A DNA stretch of 64,000 nucleotides from Escherichia coli (lineage in GTDB: Bacteria; Pseudomonadota; Gammaproteobacteria; Enterobacterales; Enterobacteriaceae): assembly GCF_016903815.1 (NCBI RefSeq), contig NZ_CP069973.1. One strand, given 5' to 3'. Below, piece after piece: positions 28,852 through 38,202 of the stretch. The notes under the pieces are model-generated. The model saw only the letters and a list, made by a program, of their open reading frames with translations, was not told where the DNA came from and ran no database searches. A program made the translations under genes and the position numbers. Each line of letters starts with the position of its first letter. Within the stretch, counting starts at the first letter, position 1.

Positions 28852-30309
28852 ATGAATACATCTCATGTAAGAGTTGTTACTCATATGTGTGGGTTCCTGG
28901 TTTGGCTCTATAGTCTTTCAATGTTGCCACCAATGGTTGTAGCATTGTTTTATAAAGAAAAAAGCCTGTTCGTTTTCTTTATAACTTTCGTTATATTTTT
29001 TTGCATTGGTGGCGGAGCGTGGTATACAACTAAGAAATCTGGCATTCAATTACGTACCCGTGATGGGTTTATTATAATTGTAATGTTTTGGATTTTGTTT
29101 TCTGTTATTAGTGCATTCCCTTTATGGATTGACTCAGAACTTAATTTAACGTTCATTGATGCTCTGTTTGAAGGGGTTTCTGGAATAACAACAACAGGAG
29201 CAACTGTAATTGATGATGTTAGTTCATTACCTCGGGCATATTTGTACTATCGGTCACAGTTAAATTTTATAGGTGGTTTAGGAGTTATTGTTCTGGCGGT
29301 TGCTGTATTGCCATTATTGGGTATTGGTGGTGCAAAGCTTTATCAGTCAGAAATGCCGGGGCCATTTAAGGATGACAAACTCACTCCCCGCCTGGCCGAT
29401 ACGTCACGGACACTGTGGATAACTTATTCTTTATTAGGTATTGCTTGTATTGTCTGTTATAGACTTGCAGGAATGCCTTTGTTTGATGCTATTTGTCACG
29501 GGATTTCCACAGTTTCGCTTGGTGGTTTCTCAACTCATAGCGAGAGTATCGGATATTTTAATAACTATTTGGTTGAGCTGGTGGCTGGTTCTTTTTCCCT
29601 GCTATCGGCTTTCAACTTCACTCTTTGGTATATTGTTATTAGCAGGAAAACGATAAAACCTTTAATCAGAGATATTGAACTTCGTTTCTTTCTGTTAATA
29701 GCCTTAGGGGTGATCATTGTTACCTCTTTCCAGGTCTGGCATATAGGTATGTATGACTTGCATGGAAGTTTTATTCATTCGTTTTTTCTTGCCAGCTCCA
29801 TGCTCACTGATAATGGTTTAGCTACGCAGGATTATGCAAGTTGGCCCACGCACACGATAGTGTTTTTGCTGTTGTCAAGTTTCTTTGGGGGATGTATAGG
29901 TTCAACTTGTGGTGGAATTAAGTCACTTCGATTTCTTATACTTTTCAAACAAAGCAAACACGAGATAAATCAGCTTTCTCATCCCAGAGCGTTGTTGAGT
30001 GTAAATGTAGGAGGGAAGATAGTTACAGATCGTGTAATGAGGTCTGTATGGAGTTTCTTTTTTCTTTATACTCTCTTCACGGTGTTTTTTATACTGGTGT
30101 TAAATGGTATGGGATATGATTTTCTTACATCATTTGCAACAGTGGCTGCATGTATTAATAATATGGGATTAGGTTTTGGGGCTACTGCATCGTCATTCGG
30201 AGTGCTTAATGACATTGCAAAATGTTTAATGTGCATAGCTATGATTCTTGGTCGCCTTGAAATTTATCCTGTTATTATATTGTTTTCAGGTTTTTTTTGG
30301 CGCTCCTAA
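28852..30309 (+). CDS. trkG: Trk-system K+ uptake protein TrkG
   Basis: 485 aa from MNTSHVRVVTHMCGFLVWLYSLSMLPPMVVALFYKEKSLF..., matching recalled K-12 TrkG. The gene is strongly AT-rich. Confidence 0.95.
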   Translation: MNTSHVRVVTHMCGFLVWLYSLSMLPPMVVALFYKEKSLFVFFITFVIFFCIGGGAWYTTKKSGIQLRTRDGFIIIVMFWILFSVISAFPLWIDSELNLTFIDALFEGVSGITTTGATVIDDVSSLPRAYLYYRSQLNFIGGLGVIVLAVAVLPLLGIGGAKLYQSEMPGPFKDDKLTPRLADTSRTLWITYSLLGIACIVCYRLAGMPLFDAICHGISTVSLGGFSTHSESIGYFNNYLVELVAGSFSLLSAFNFTLWYIVISRKTIKPLIRDIELRFFLLIALGVIIVTSFQVWHIGMYDLHGSFIHSFFLASSMLTDNGLATQDYASWPTHTIVFLLLSSFFGGCIGSTCGGIKSLRFLILFKQSKHEINQLSHPRALLSVNVGGKIVTDRVMRSVWSFFFLYTLFTVFFILVLNGMGYDFLTSFATVAACINNMGLGFGATASSFGVLNDIAKCLMCIAMILGRLEIYPVIILFSGFFWRS

Positions 30310-30446
30310 TATATGGCTGATTTATAATTGTGAGTTTAATATTATGTTGACTCACTCATTGATCCAATACCTAACTTTACCAGCAACACCTCCGTCCCCA
30401 GTAGCACTGGCTGCTGGGGTGCGTTTTATTCATAAAGCAAGGCTGT

Positions 30447-31238
30447 ATGAGCGAGAAATTAAAGATAGTCTATCGCCCATTACAAGAATTGTCACCGTAT
30501 GCGCACAACGCCAGGACGCACAGTACTGAGCAGGTGGCACAACTGGTAGAAAGTATTAAGCAATTCGGCTGGACTAATCCGGTGCTGATTGACGAAAAGG
30601 GCGAAATTATTGCGGGTCACGGTCGTGTTATGGCGGCTGAAATGCTCAAAATGGATTCTGTTCCGGTCATTGTTCTGTCTGGCCTGACGGATGAGCAGAA
30701 AAAGGCGTACCGCCTGGCAGATAATCGCCTGCCGATGAATGCTGGCTGGGATGAAGATCTGTTGCGGATGGAGCTGTCGGACCTAATCAATGCTGATTTT
30801 GATGTCTCCCTGACAGGCTTCATCCCGACAGAAATTGATGAACTGTTGACGGATGTTTTGCCCGGTACAGGAAATGAGGAGGAGCCGTATACGACGAAAA
30901 TTGATACGCCTGTTTATGAGCCGTCGGGCGGTAAACCGGATATCAGTGAACTGTACGACGATACGAAAACTCAGGAGCTGATCAGCCGGATACGTTCGGC
31001 GTCCCTTGAGCCTGATATTGAGAAATTCCTCCTGTGTGCGGCAGAACGTCACACGGTGTTTAATTTCAGCAGAATTGCGGACTATTACGCTCACGCCCCC
31101 TCTGAAATTCAGTGTTTTTTCGAGGAGTCGGCGCTGGTGATCATTGATTATCAGCAGGCTATTGAAAATGGATTTGTCCGGATGACGCAGCGCATGGTGG
31201 AGATCATGCATGGTGGTGAGGAGGAGGAATATGCGTGA
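30447..31238 (+). CDS. ParB/Srx N-terminal-domain protein (full-length counterpart of the K-12 ynaK remnant)
   Basis: 263 aa. ParB-like nuclease-domain motifs are present (LSPYAHNARTHSTEQVAQLVESIKQFGWTNPVLID...IIAGHGRVMAA...LTDEQKKAYRLADNRL), followed by an unrelated acidic C-terminal half. Confidence 0.8.
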   Translation: MSEKLKIVYRPLQELSPYAHNARTHSTEQVAQLVESIKQFGWTNPVLIDEKGEIIAGHGRVMAAEMLKMDSVPVIVLSGLTDEQKKAYRLADNRLPMNAGWDEDLLRMELSDLINADFDVSLTGFIPTEIDELLTDVLPGTGNEEEPYTTKIDTPVYEPSGGKPDISELYDDTKTQELISRIRSASLEPDIEKFLLCAAERHTVFNFSRIADYYAHAPSEIQCFFEESALVIIDYQQAIENGFVRMTQRMVEIMHGGEEEEYA

Positions 31239-32163
31239 TGATTTTTGCGCCTTTATTCTGACTCACGGGCGACCGGACAAAGTTCTGACTTACCGGACGT
31301 TGCGTCGTGCTGGCTATACCGGGAAAATTTTTATCGTTGTTGATGATGAAGATAAGACACGGCATCAGTACATGGCTGAATTTGGGGAACAGGTGCTGGT
31401 GTTTTCCAAAGCCGATATCGCCAGTCGTTTTGACGAAGCCGATAATTTCTGTGACCGCCGCTCAATTTTTTACGCCCGTAATGCCTGTTTCGACCTGGCA
31501 AAACTGGTCGGGTGTAAATACTTCATTCAGCTCGATGATGATTATCACGAGTTCCAGTTTCGGGTGGATCGCAACTATGACCAGGCCTATTTTCCGATAA
31601 GGAAACTGGATGCGATCCTTTCTGAAATGCTGGCGTACTACGAATCAATACCTGCTCTTTCCATCGCTATGTCGCAGGGCGGGGATTTTCTTGGTGACAA
31701 TGGCGGCCATGCTTCGTGGGTGAAACGCAAGGCAATGAACAGCTTTATCTGTTCGGTTGAACGACCGTTCTCATTCATGGGGCGCATTAACGAGGATGTG
31801 AATACGTACACGAATCTCGGTCGCTGTGGTGAATTGTTTATGACGATCGGTGCTGTCCAGTTAGGGCAGAAACAGACGCAGAAAAACAGCGGCGGAATGA
31901 CCGAGCTGTATCTGGATTCCGGAACCTACGTTAAAAGTTTTTACTCCGTCATGTATGCGCCGTCGTGCGTAAAAATCTCACTGATGGGTGCCAGCCATAA
32001 ACGCATTCACCATCAGGTCACCTGGAACAACGCTGCAGTAAAAATCCTTCACGAAAAATACAGGAAGAAGACACCCTGCATATCAATGGGGGTGACAAAT
32101 GATTCCGTATTCGAAAGTCGAGTCTCTGGCAGCGTGCCGGATGACTGCACAACAAATCGCTGA
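31231..32163 (+). CDS. uncharacterised protein, possibly GT-A-fold nucleotide-sugar transferase-like (counterpart of the K-12 ydaY remnant)
   Basis: 310 aa from ATG 31231 (SD GAGGAGGA), with an 8-nt overlap with the ParB-like gene. It has an N-terminal beta-alpha start (CAFILTHGRPDKV), IFIVVDDED and a hydrophobic strand plus QLDDDY (DxD-like). The fold call is weak. Confidence 0.55.
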   Translation: MRDDFCAFILTHGRPDKVLTYRTLRRAGYTGKIFIVVDDEDKTRHQYMAEFGEQVLVFSKADIASRFDEADNFCDRRSIFYARNACFDLAKLVGCKYFIQLDDDYHEFQFRVDRNYDQAYFPIRKLDAILSEMLAYYESIPALSIAMSQGGDFLGDNGGHASWVKRKAMNSFICSVERPFSFMGRINEDVNTYTNLGRCGELFMTIGAVQLGQKQTQKNSGGMTELYLDSGTYVKSFYSVMYAPSCVKISLMGASHKRIHHQVTWNNAAVKILHEKYRKKTPCISMGVTNDSVFESRVSGSVPDDCTTNR

Positions 32164-32350
32164 CGTTCTGGATGTTGATCTGAACCGACTGAAAGAAAAT
32201 CGGGAAGCAATGACAGATTTTTATGCGGCCATCCGTAAGGGCAGAGCGAAAGGTGAAGCCGAGTTACGAGCGGCATTGTTTAAGCTTGCCAGAAAAGGGG
32301 ATGCCTTTGCTCTGCGCGAACTACTCAGGGTGGATAAAAATCAGGACTAA
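32099..32350 (+). CDS. small HTH protein upstream of the terminase
   Basis: 83 aa (CRMTAQQIADVLDVDLNRLKENREAM...). It overlaps the end of the preceding ORF by 65 nt, so the start is uncertain (alternative Met at 32141). Confidence 0.45.
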   Translation: MIPYSKVESLAACRMTAQQIADVLDVDLNRLKENREAMTDFYAAIRKGRAKGEAELRAALFKLARKGDAFALRELLRVDKNQD

Positions 32351-32353
32351 CTG

Positions 32354-33448
32354 ATGAGCAGACCGGACTGGGGGGCGTTGCAGCAGGAGTATATTGCTGA
32401 ATACACCCGCTCCGGTATATCTCCGGTGGCATGGTGTGAAGCAAGGGGACTGAATTACGCAACAGCCCGTCGTTACATCAAAAAAACTCCGAAAAATGCG
32501 CAGACAGAAATGTGCAAAACTGCGCAAAAAAGTGCGCAGAAAAAATCTGCGCAGACTGCACAAAAGCGGAACGAAAAATCTCAGGAAAAAAAGCCAGTAT
32601 TCGATGCGGGCCTGAATGAGGGCGACGCGGAGGAATTTTCGTTCTGTCCCGATGAATTCGGCATTTCTGACCAGCAGGCTAAGTTTGCGATGCTTGTTGC
32701 TCAGGGTAAAAAGCCGACAGAGGCGTACCGACTAGCCGGTTATGAGGGGCAAGGTGCGACAGCTAATAGCAACGCCAGTCGTATGCTTAGAAATGCCAGG
32801 GTTTTTCGCGCTATCAGCTACTTCCGCAATCAGTACCAGAAACGCTATACCGCAGACCTGGATTTACTAGTGAGTCAGTTGATGGCCATTGTCCTGGCCG
32901 ACCCCAATCAGCTTGCACAATTTCGCCGTGTTAACTGCCGTTATTGCTGGGGCGAGAATCATCTCTACCAGTGGCGCGATATAGCAGAATTCGACAAGGC
33001 AGCGGCGCAGGCTTCCAGAGATGGCAAACCCGAACCGGAATATGGAGGCCTCGGCTTTGTTGATAACGCCATACCCAATCCGGACTGCCCGAAGTGCTGC
33101 GGTGAGGGAACGGGACAGCTTTATATGGCTGATACCACTCTGCTTGATGGGGATGCGCGGCAATTATATGCAGGGGCAAAATTCGGAAAATTCGGCGTTG
33201 AGATCCTGCTGGAGGATAAGGCTGCCGCCCGGCGTGAATTGTTGCGTTTGCTTTCTGCTGGCGGGGCTTTATGTGCAGATAAGCGGCTACAGGAACTGGA
33301 AATTGAACGGCGCAGAATGGAAAACCAGAAGCTGCGCAAAGAGATCGAAACGGTGGAAGATAATGAACATCCCCAGCCTGTGGCGATCAATATTAATGTG
33401 GTTGATGCCAGAGTAAGGAGTGATGAAGATGATCTCTCCGACGCTTAA
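32354..33448 (+). CDS. terminase small subunit (Terminase_2-like core with N-terminal HTH and C-terminal Cys4 motif)
   Basis: 364 aa. Core motif is FAMLVAQGKKPTEAYRLAGYEG...NASRMLRNARV. CRYCWG...CPKCCGEG forms a Cys4 cluster. It lies directly upstream of the large subunit. Confidence 0.75.
   Translation: MSRPDWGALQQEYIAEYTRSGISPVAWCEARGLNYATARRYIKKTPKNAQTEMCKTAQKSAQKKSAQTAQKRNEKSQEKKPVFDAGLNEGDAEEFSFCPDEFGISDQQAKFAMLVAQGKKPTEAYRLAGYEGQGATANSNASRMLRNARVFRAISYFRNQYQKRYTADLDLLVSQLMAIVLADPNQLAQFRRVNCRYCWGENHLYQWRDIAEFDKAAAQASRDGKPEPEYGGLGFVDNAIPNPDCPKCCGEGTGQLYMADTTLLDGDARQLYAGAKFGKFGVEILLEDKAAARRELLRLLSAGGALCADKRLQELEIERRRMENQKLRKEIETVEDNEHPQPVAININVVDARVRSDEDDLSDA
32497..32564 (+). repeat. array of six TG(C/T)(G/A)CA(A/G)A motifs inside the small-terminase gene (candidate pac/TerS binding site)
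   Basis: Motif starts are at 32497, 32511, 32521, 32533, 32548 and 32557 (spacings 14, 10, 12, 15, 9 nt). Four copies are exact TGCGCA(A/G)A. Confidence 0.4.
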
Positions 33449-34730
33449 TGTGCCTCAGGCGCGATTTCTTTCAATGCCCCATAAATTTAAAGCCTATATT
33501 GCTGGTTTTGGCTCGGGCAAAACATGGGTTGGGTGTGGCGGCATATGCAAGGGGATTTGGGAGCATCCAGGTATAAATCAGGGATATTTTGCGCCAACGT
33601 ATCCCCAAATTCGCGATATTTTTTACCCTACAGTGGAAGAAGTTGCTGCTGACTGGGGATTGAACGTAAAAATTAATGAGGGAAATAAAGAGGTTCACTT
33701 TTATTACGGACGCCAGTATCGGGGAACCACTATCTGCAGATCGATGGAGAAGCCACAAACGATCGTCGGTTTCAAAATTGGTAATGCGTTGGTGGATGAA
33801 CTGGACATTTTGCCGAAGGAAAAAGCCAGAACGGCGTGGCGCAAGATAATTGCACGTATGCGTTATAAGATTGATGGACTTCGCAACGGTATTGACGTTA
33901 CAACCACGCCGGAAGGATTCAAATTTGTCTACGAGCAGTTTGTTAAAGCCGTGCGTGAAAAAACAGAGCTGGCCTCACTGTATGGTCTGGTGCAGGCATC
34001 TACTTTCGATAATGAAAAGAACCTGCCAGCAGATTACATTCCTTCGCTTCTTGAATCATACCCTCCAGAGCTGATTAAAGCCTATCTTCGAGGACAGTTT
34101 ACTAACCTGACAAGTGGTACTGTTTACCATCAGTTTGACCGGAAACTGAATAATTGCGAAGAAGTGGAGCAGCCAGGGGAGCCGATTTATATTGGGATGG
34201 ATTTTAACGTTGGAAAGATGGCGGGAATCGTCCATGTGCTGCGTTTGGGGCTTCCATGTGCGGTAACTGAAATCATCAATGCCTACGATACGCCGGATAT
34301 GATCCGCATCATTAAAGAACGCTTCTGGCTGTATGATGGGAATGATTACCGGAAAGTGAGGGAAATTTATATTTATCCAGATGCTTCCGGGGATTCCAGA
34401 AAATCAAGTAACGCAAGTACGACGGATATAGCCCAGCTTAAGCAGGCTGGTTTTAACGTTGTGGTGAACAGCTCGAACCCGCCAGTAAAAGATCGCGTTA
34501 ACTCAATGAATGCAATGTTCTGCAATGCCAATGGTGAGCGTCGCTATAAAGTTAATGTGAAGCGTTGCCCGTTATATGCCGAATCTCTGGAGCAACAGGT
34601 CTGGGATGAGAAGGGGGAGCCTGATAAAAAATCTGGCAATGATCACCCGAATGATGCCGGAGGTTATTTCATCGTTAAGCAATTCCCTATTGTCAAACCG
34701 ACCGGAAGAGTCACATCACTTCGGATTTAA
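33423..34730 (+). CDS. terminase large subunit
   Basis: About 435 aa with Walker A GFGSGKTWVG, Walker B-like ALVDELD and a C-terminal nuclease region. Start ambiguous (33420, 33423 or 33429). Confidence 0.9.
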   Translation: MKMISPTLNVPQARFLSMPHKFKAYIAGFGSGKTWVGCGGICKGIWEHPGINQGYFAPTYPQIRDIFYPTVEEVAADWGLNVKINEGNKEVHFYYGRQYRGTTICRSMEKPQTIVGFKIGNALVDELDILPKEKARTAWRKIIARMRYKIDGLRNGIDVTTTPEGFKFVYEQFVKAVREKTELASLYGLVQASTFDNEKNLPADYIPSLLESYPPELIKAYLRGQFTNLTSGTVYHQFDRKLNNCEEVEQPGEPIYIGMDFNVGKMAGIVHVLRLGLPCAVTEIINAYDTPDMIRIIKERFWLYDGNDYRKVREIYIYPDASGDSRKSSNASTTDIAQLKQAGFNVVVNSSNPPVKDRVNSMNAMFCNANGERRYKVNVKRCPLYAESLEQQVWDEKGEPDKKSGNDHPNDAGGYFIVKQFPIVKPTGRVTSLRI

Positions 34731-34732
34731 TT

Positions 34733-36139
34733 ATGGCTGATATATCAACACCCAACCTCGACTATAACGATATGCTGGAGGCGTGGGATATTAACGACGC
34801 ACTGATGGGCGGTACGCTTGAAATGCGCAGGCAGGGGGAAAATTATCTCCCAAAATGGCCTAACGAAGATGAAGACGCTTATAAAAAACGCCTGTCTGTG
34901 GCTACGCTACTTCCTGTGTATGAAGAAAGCATCAAGCAAAATATTGGGCGCATATTTGCAGAGCCGACAGTATTGAGTGAGGAAACGCCGGCAAAAATCA
35001 GGGAATATGCAGAAAATATCGACATGGAGGGGAGCCGACTGGATGTGTGGGCGCAGCAATTTTTCAGCCTCGCATTTCAGTATGGTGTGGCACATGCGCT
35101 GGTGGACTATCCACGAACGGATATGAAAGAGATTCGGACAAAAGCCGATGAAAACGCGGCCGGTGGTCGTCCGTACGTTACGATGCTGAATCCACGCCAG
35201 GTTATTGGATGGAAATCGAAAGTTGAAAAAGGGAAAGTTGTTCTCACTGATTTGCGTATAAAAGAGGTCATCATTATTGATGGTGATGATTTCGGGCAGA
35301 AGAAGGTGGAGCAGATCCGCCATATTATGCCCCGTCGAGTTGAAATTTATCGACGTAGCGAAGGCACTAATGGCGAATCTGTCTGGACGCTTCATGAGTC
35401 ATGGAATACCAGCCGTGATGATATTCCTCTGGTAACACTGTACACGAAGAAAACAGGATTTATGCGTGGTACACCGCCATTGCTTAATCTTGGCTTGCTG
35501 AATATCAAGCACTGGCAAAGCCAGAGCGAGCAGGACAATATTCTTCATGTTGCCCGCGTTCCATTGCTGGTGGCCTACGGGCTGGACAGGAATGAAGAAC
35601 TGACGGTTGGTGCATCCACCGCTACGATTTTTGAGGACAGAACAAAAAATGGCCTCGAATATGTTGAACATAGTGGCGCAGCGATAGAATCTGGCGAAAC
35701 ATCACTTGAGAAGCTGGAAAATCAGATGCGTCATGCCGGCGCTAAACTTCTGCGTGCTGAAAATACATCCACCAAATCTGTTGATCAGACTAATGAAGAG
35801 CGAATGCAGGAAAACTCGCCGCTTTATACAATGGCGAACTCCCTCGAAGATGCCCTCGATAATATTCTCCAGATAATGGCGGAATGGATCGGAGAGAGTT
35901 GCGGTGGCAATGTGGATGTGCGCACTGAACTGGATGTATCTGCCCAGGTGTTTGACTCATCCTCCGCGCTGGCTGTTCAGTCATTGCGTCAGGGCGGTGA
36001 TATACGTCAGATTGATGCGGTTCGGGTGTTGCAGGCGTTGAAATTTATCGATCAGGATTCCCGTCCAGAGGAAGTGATCGATGAATTAAAAAATCAGAGT
36101 GTAATGCTGATGGAAATCAATGATGCAAACCGTGAATGA
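34733..36139 (+). CDS. portal protein
   Basis: 468 aa, immediately after TerL. Size and position are typical. Confidence 0.8.
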   Translation: MADISTPNLDYNDMLEAWDINDALMGGTLEMRRQGENYLPKWPNEDEDAYKKRLSVATLLPVYEESIKQNIGRIFAEPTVLSEETPAKIREYAENIDMEGSRLDVWAQQFFSLAFQYGVAHALVDYPRTDMKEIRTKADENAAGGRPYVTMLNPRQVIGWKSKVEKGKVVLTDLRIKEVIIIDGDDFGQKKVEQIRHIMPRRVEIYRRSEGTNGESVWTLHESWNTSRDDIPLVTLYTKKTGFMRGTPPLLNLGLLNIKHWQSQSEQDNILHVARVPLLVAYGLDRNEELTVGASTATIFEDRTKNGLEYVEHSGAAIESGETSLEKLENQMRHAGAKLLRAENTSTKSVDQTNEERMQENSPLYTMANSLEDALDNILQIMAEWIGESCGGNVDVRTELDVSAQVFDSSSALAVQSLRQGGDIRQIDAVRVLQALKFIDQDSRPEEVIDELKNQSVMLMEINDANRE

Positions 36140-37235
36140 ACGGCTGCGTGATGAATCAATTGCTCATGCAGTCTGGATATCCCGCTATAGCACTGGCGTG
36201 GCTGCCAGAATGGTGAAAATACTGAATGACAGCGATGCGGAACTTACTGCTCGCCTGCTGATAGCACTGGACAGCCTCGATCCAGGTAGTTTTACCGTTA
36301 AGCGCCTGGAGTCACTTCTGGCGAGCGTCAGAGAGGTTAACCGCACTGCTATTAACAGCATGTTTACCAGTCTCTCCGGAGAGCTGAACGAGCTGGCAAT
36401 TTATGAGGCTGGTTATCAGTTAAGTCTGTTTGATTCTATGCTACCTGATTTTGTTGCTGATGTTCACCCTCTGGTTGGTATCTCTCCTGATGCACTTTAT
36501 GCCGCTGCAATGGCGCGACCATTCCAGGGACGACTGCTCAGTGAGTGGGCCTCAGATCTTGAAGCGGATCGGCTCAGACGCATAACAAATACAGTGCGTC
36601 AGGGTTTTTTGCTGGGGGATACCAATGAGCAGATCGCAAGAAAAATTCGGGGACATGTCAGTAAGGGATTTCAGGATGGTGCATTGCAGATGAGCCGGGC
36701 TAATGCGGCCAGCATTGCAAAAACAGCGGTTGGACATCTTGCTGCTACTGCCCGTGAGAGTTTTGCCAGCGCGAATAATGATTTGATTAAGGGTAAGCAA
36801 TGGTTATCAACGCTTGATAATCGTACTACGCCACAATGTCGAATCAGGGATCGCCTCAAATATACGCTGAATAATAAACCTGTAGGTCACAGCGTGCCTT
36901 ATTTGCAGGGGCCGGGAAAAATTCATTTCTGCTGCCGCTCAACGGAAACGTTCATTCTGAAATCAGCGAAGGAACTGGGTATTGATGTTCGCGATATTTC
37001 CCCGGCTGAGCGGGCCAGCATGGATGGCGTGGTGGCCGGAGATACAACCTACAGGGAATGGTTTTTGCGTCAGCCTTACACCAGACAAAAACAGATTGTG
37101 GGGGAAACCCGAGCAAAGCTGATTCGGGATGGTGGTATGTCGCCAGATGAATTTTACACCGATAAAGGCGAATGGCTGACGCTGAAGCAGCTCCGTGAGC
37201 GTGATGCACAGGTATTCAGAAAAGCAGGGATTTAA
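36120..37235 (+). CDS. head morphogenesis protein (SPP1 gp7 / Mu F-like)
   Basis: 371 aa, following the portal. It has a conserved central region (LSTLDNRTTPQCRIRDRLKY). Confidence 0.75.
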   Translation: MMQTVNERLRDESIAHAVWISRYSTGVAARMVKILNDSDAELTARLLIALDSLDPGSFTVKRLESLLASVREVNRTAINSMFTSLSGELNELAIYEAGYQLSLFDSMLPDFVADVHPLVGISPDALYAAAMARPFQGRLLSEWASDLEADRLRRITNTVRQGFLLGDTNEQIARKIRGHVSKGFQDGALQMSRANAASIAKTAVGHLAATARESFASANNDLIKGKQWLSTLDNRTTPQCRIRDRLKYTLNNKPVGHSVPYLQGPGKIHFCCRSTETFILKSAKELGIDVRDISPAERASMDGVVAGDTTYREWFLRQPYTRQKQIVGETRAKLIRDGGMSPDEFYTDKGEWLTLKQLRERDAQVFRKAGI

Positions 37236-37254
37236 ATAAATCATTTATTACAAC

Positions 37255-37283
37255 AGGCTACCTTCGGGTGGCCTTTTTTATTG
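37255..37283 (+). terminator. hairpin plus T-run between the morphogenesis and scaffold genes
   Basis: AGGCTACC-ttcg-GGTGGCCT (one G-U pair) followed by TTTTTTATT. Confidence 0.5.
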
Positions 37284-37339
37284 CTGCGATCCGGATGGTG
37301 AGCAGCGTAACTGTCGGAAGACTTAAACCAGGTACTAAT

Positions 37340-38104
37340 ATGAAACTGAAAACGGTCGAGATTAACGGAAAACAATACGCAGAAATTGATACTGCTGGCC
37401 TGCCAGTTTATGTGCACGACGATGGTAAAGAAATTGGCTTCGATGCACCGCTGGCGACAAAAAAAATTACAGAGCTTAATGGCGAGGCAAAAAATCATCG
37501 CCTGGCTAAAGAAGCTGCAGAGGAAAAACTGGCTAAGTTTGCCGCTATCGAAGACCCGAAGAAGGCGATCGAGGCACTGGAAATGCTGTCAAAAATCGAC
37601 CAGAAAAAGCTGCTCGATGCGGGACAGGTTGACCAGGTTAAGGCAGAAATTACGAAAAATTTTCAGCAGCAATTAGATGAAGAAAAGCAACGCTCTCAGA
37701 TGCTGGAGAAGCAGCTTTACGATTCTATGATTGGCGGTAGTTTTGCGGGTTCAAAATATATTGCCGATAAAATTGCGATCCCGGCAGATTTATTACAAGC
37801 CCGCTTCGGGCAGGCATTCAAAGTGGAAGAAGGGAGGATCGTTGCTTATGACGCTTCCGGCAACAAAATTTATTCCCGCGCGAAGCCTGGCGAACTGGCG
37901 CAGTTTGATGAGGCGCTGGAGTTCCTTGTCGAAAATTACCCTCAGAAAGACTACATCCTGAAAGCCAGTGGCAACAATGGCGGCGGCTCCTGTCCGACAC
38001 AGCATGATATTGGTCAGAAAACGATGAAACGCTCTGCTTTTGATGCACTGGATGTTGCAGGTAAGCAAAACGCATTGAAAGACGGTATCACAATCGTTGA
38101 TTAA
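37340..38104 (+). CDS. scaffolding protein
   Basis: 254 aa from MKLKTVEINGKQYAEID.... It is alpha-helical and charged (Lys/Glu/Ala-rich) and lies immediately upstream of the major capsid gene. Confidence 0.7.
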   Translation: MKLKTVEINGKQYAEIDTAGLPVYVHDDGKEIGFDAPLATKKITELNGEAKNHRLAKEAAEEKLAKFAAIEDPKKAIEALEMLSKIDQKKLLDAGQVDQVKAEITKNFQQQLDEEKQRSQMLEKQLYDSMIGGSFAGSKYIADKIAIPADLLQARFGQAFKVEEGRIVAYDASGNKIYSRAKPGELAQFDEALEFLVENYPQKDYILKASGNNGGGSCPTQHDIGQKTMKRSAFDALDVAGKQNALKDGITIVD

Positions 38105-38202
38105 CACATTTGTCAGCTTCCGGATGGGAGCTGGTGTCAGGGCTGGATAGCTCATTACTCCATCTATTCACAATTACGCAAATTTTTAAGGAATATTTAA
38201 TT

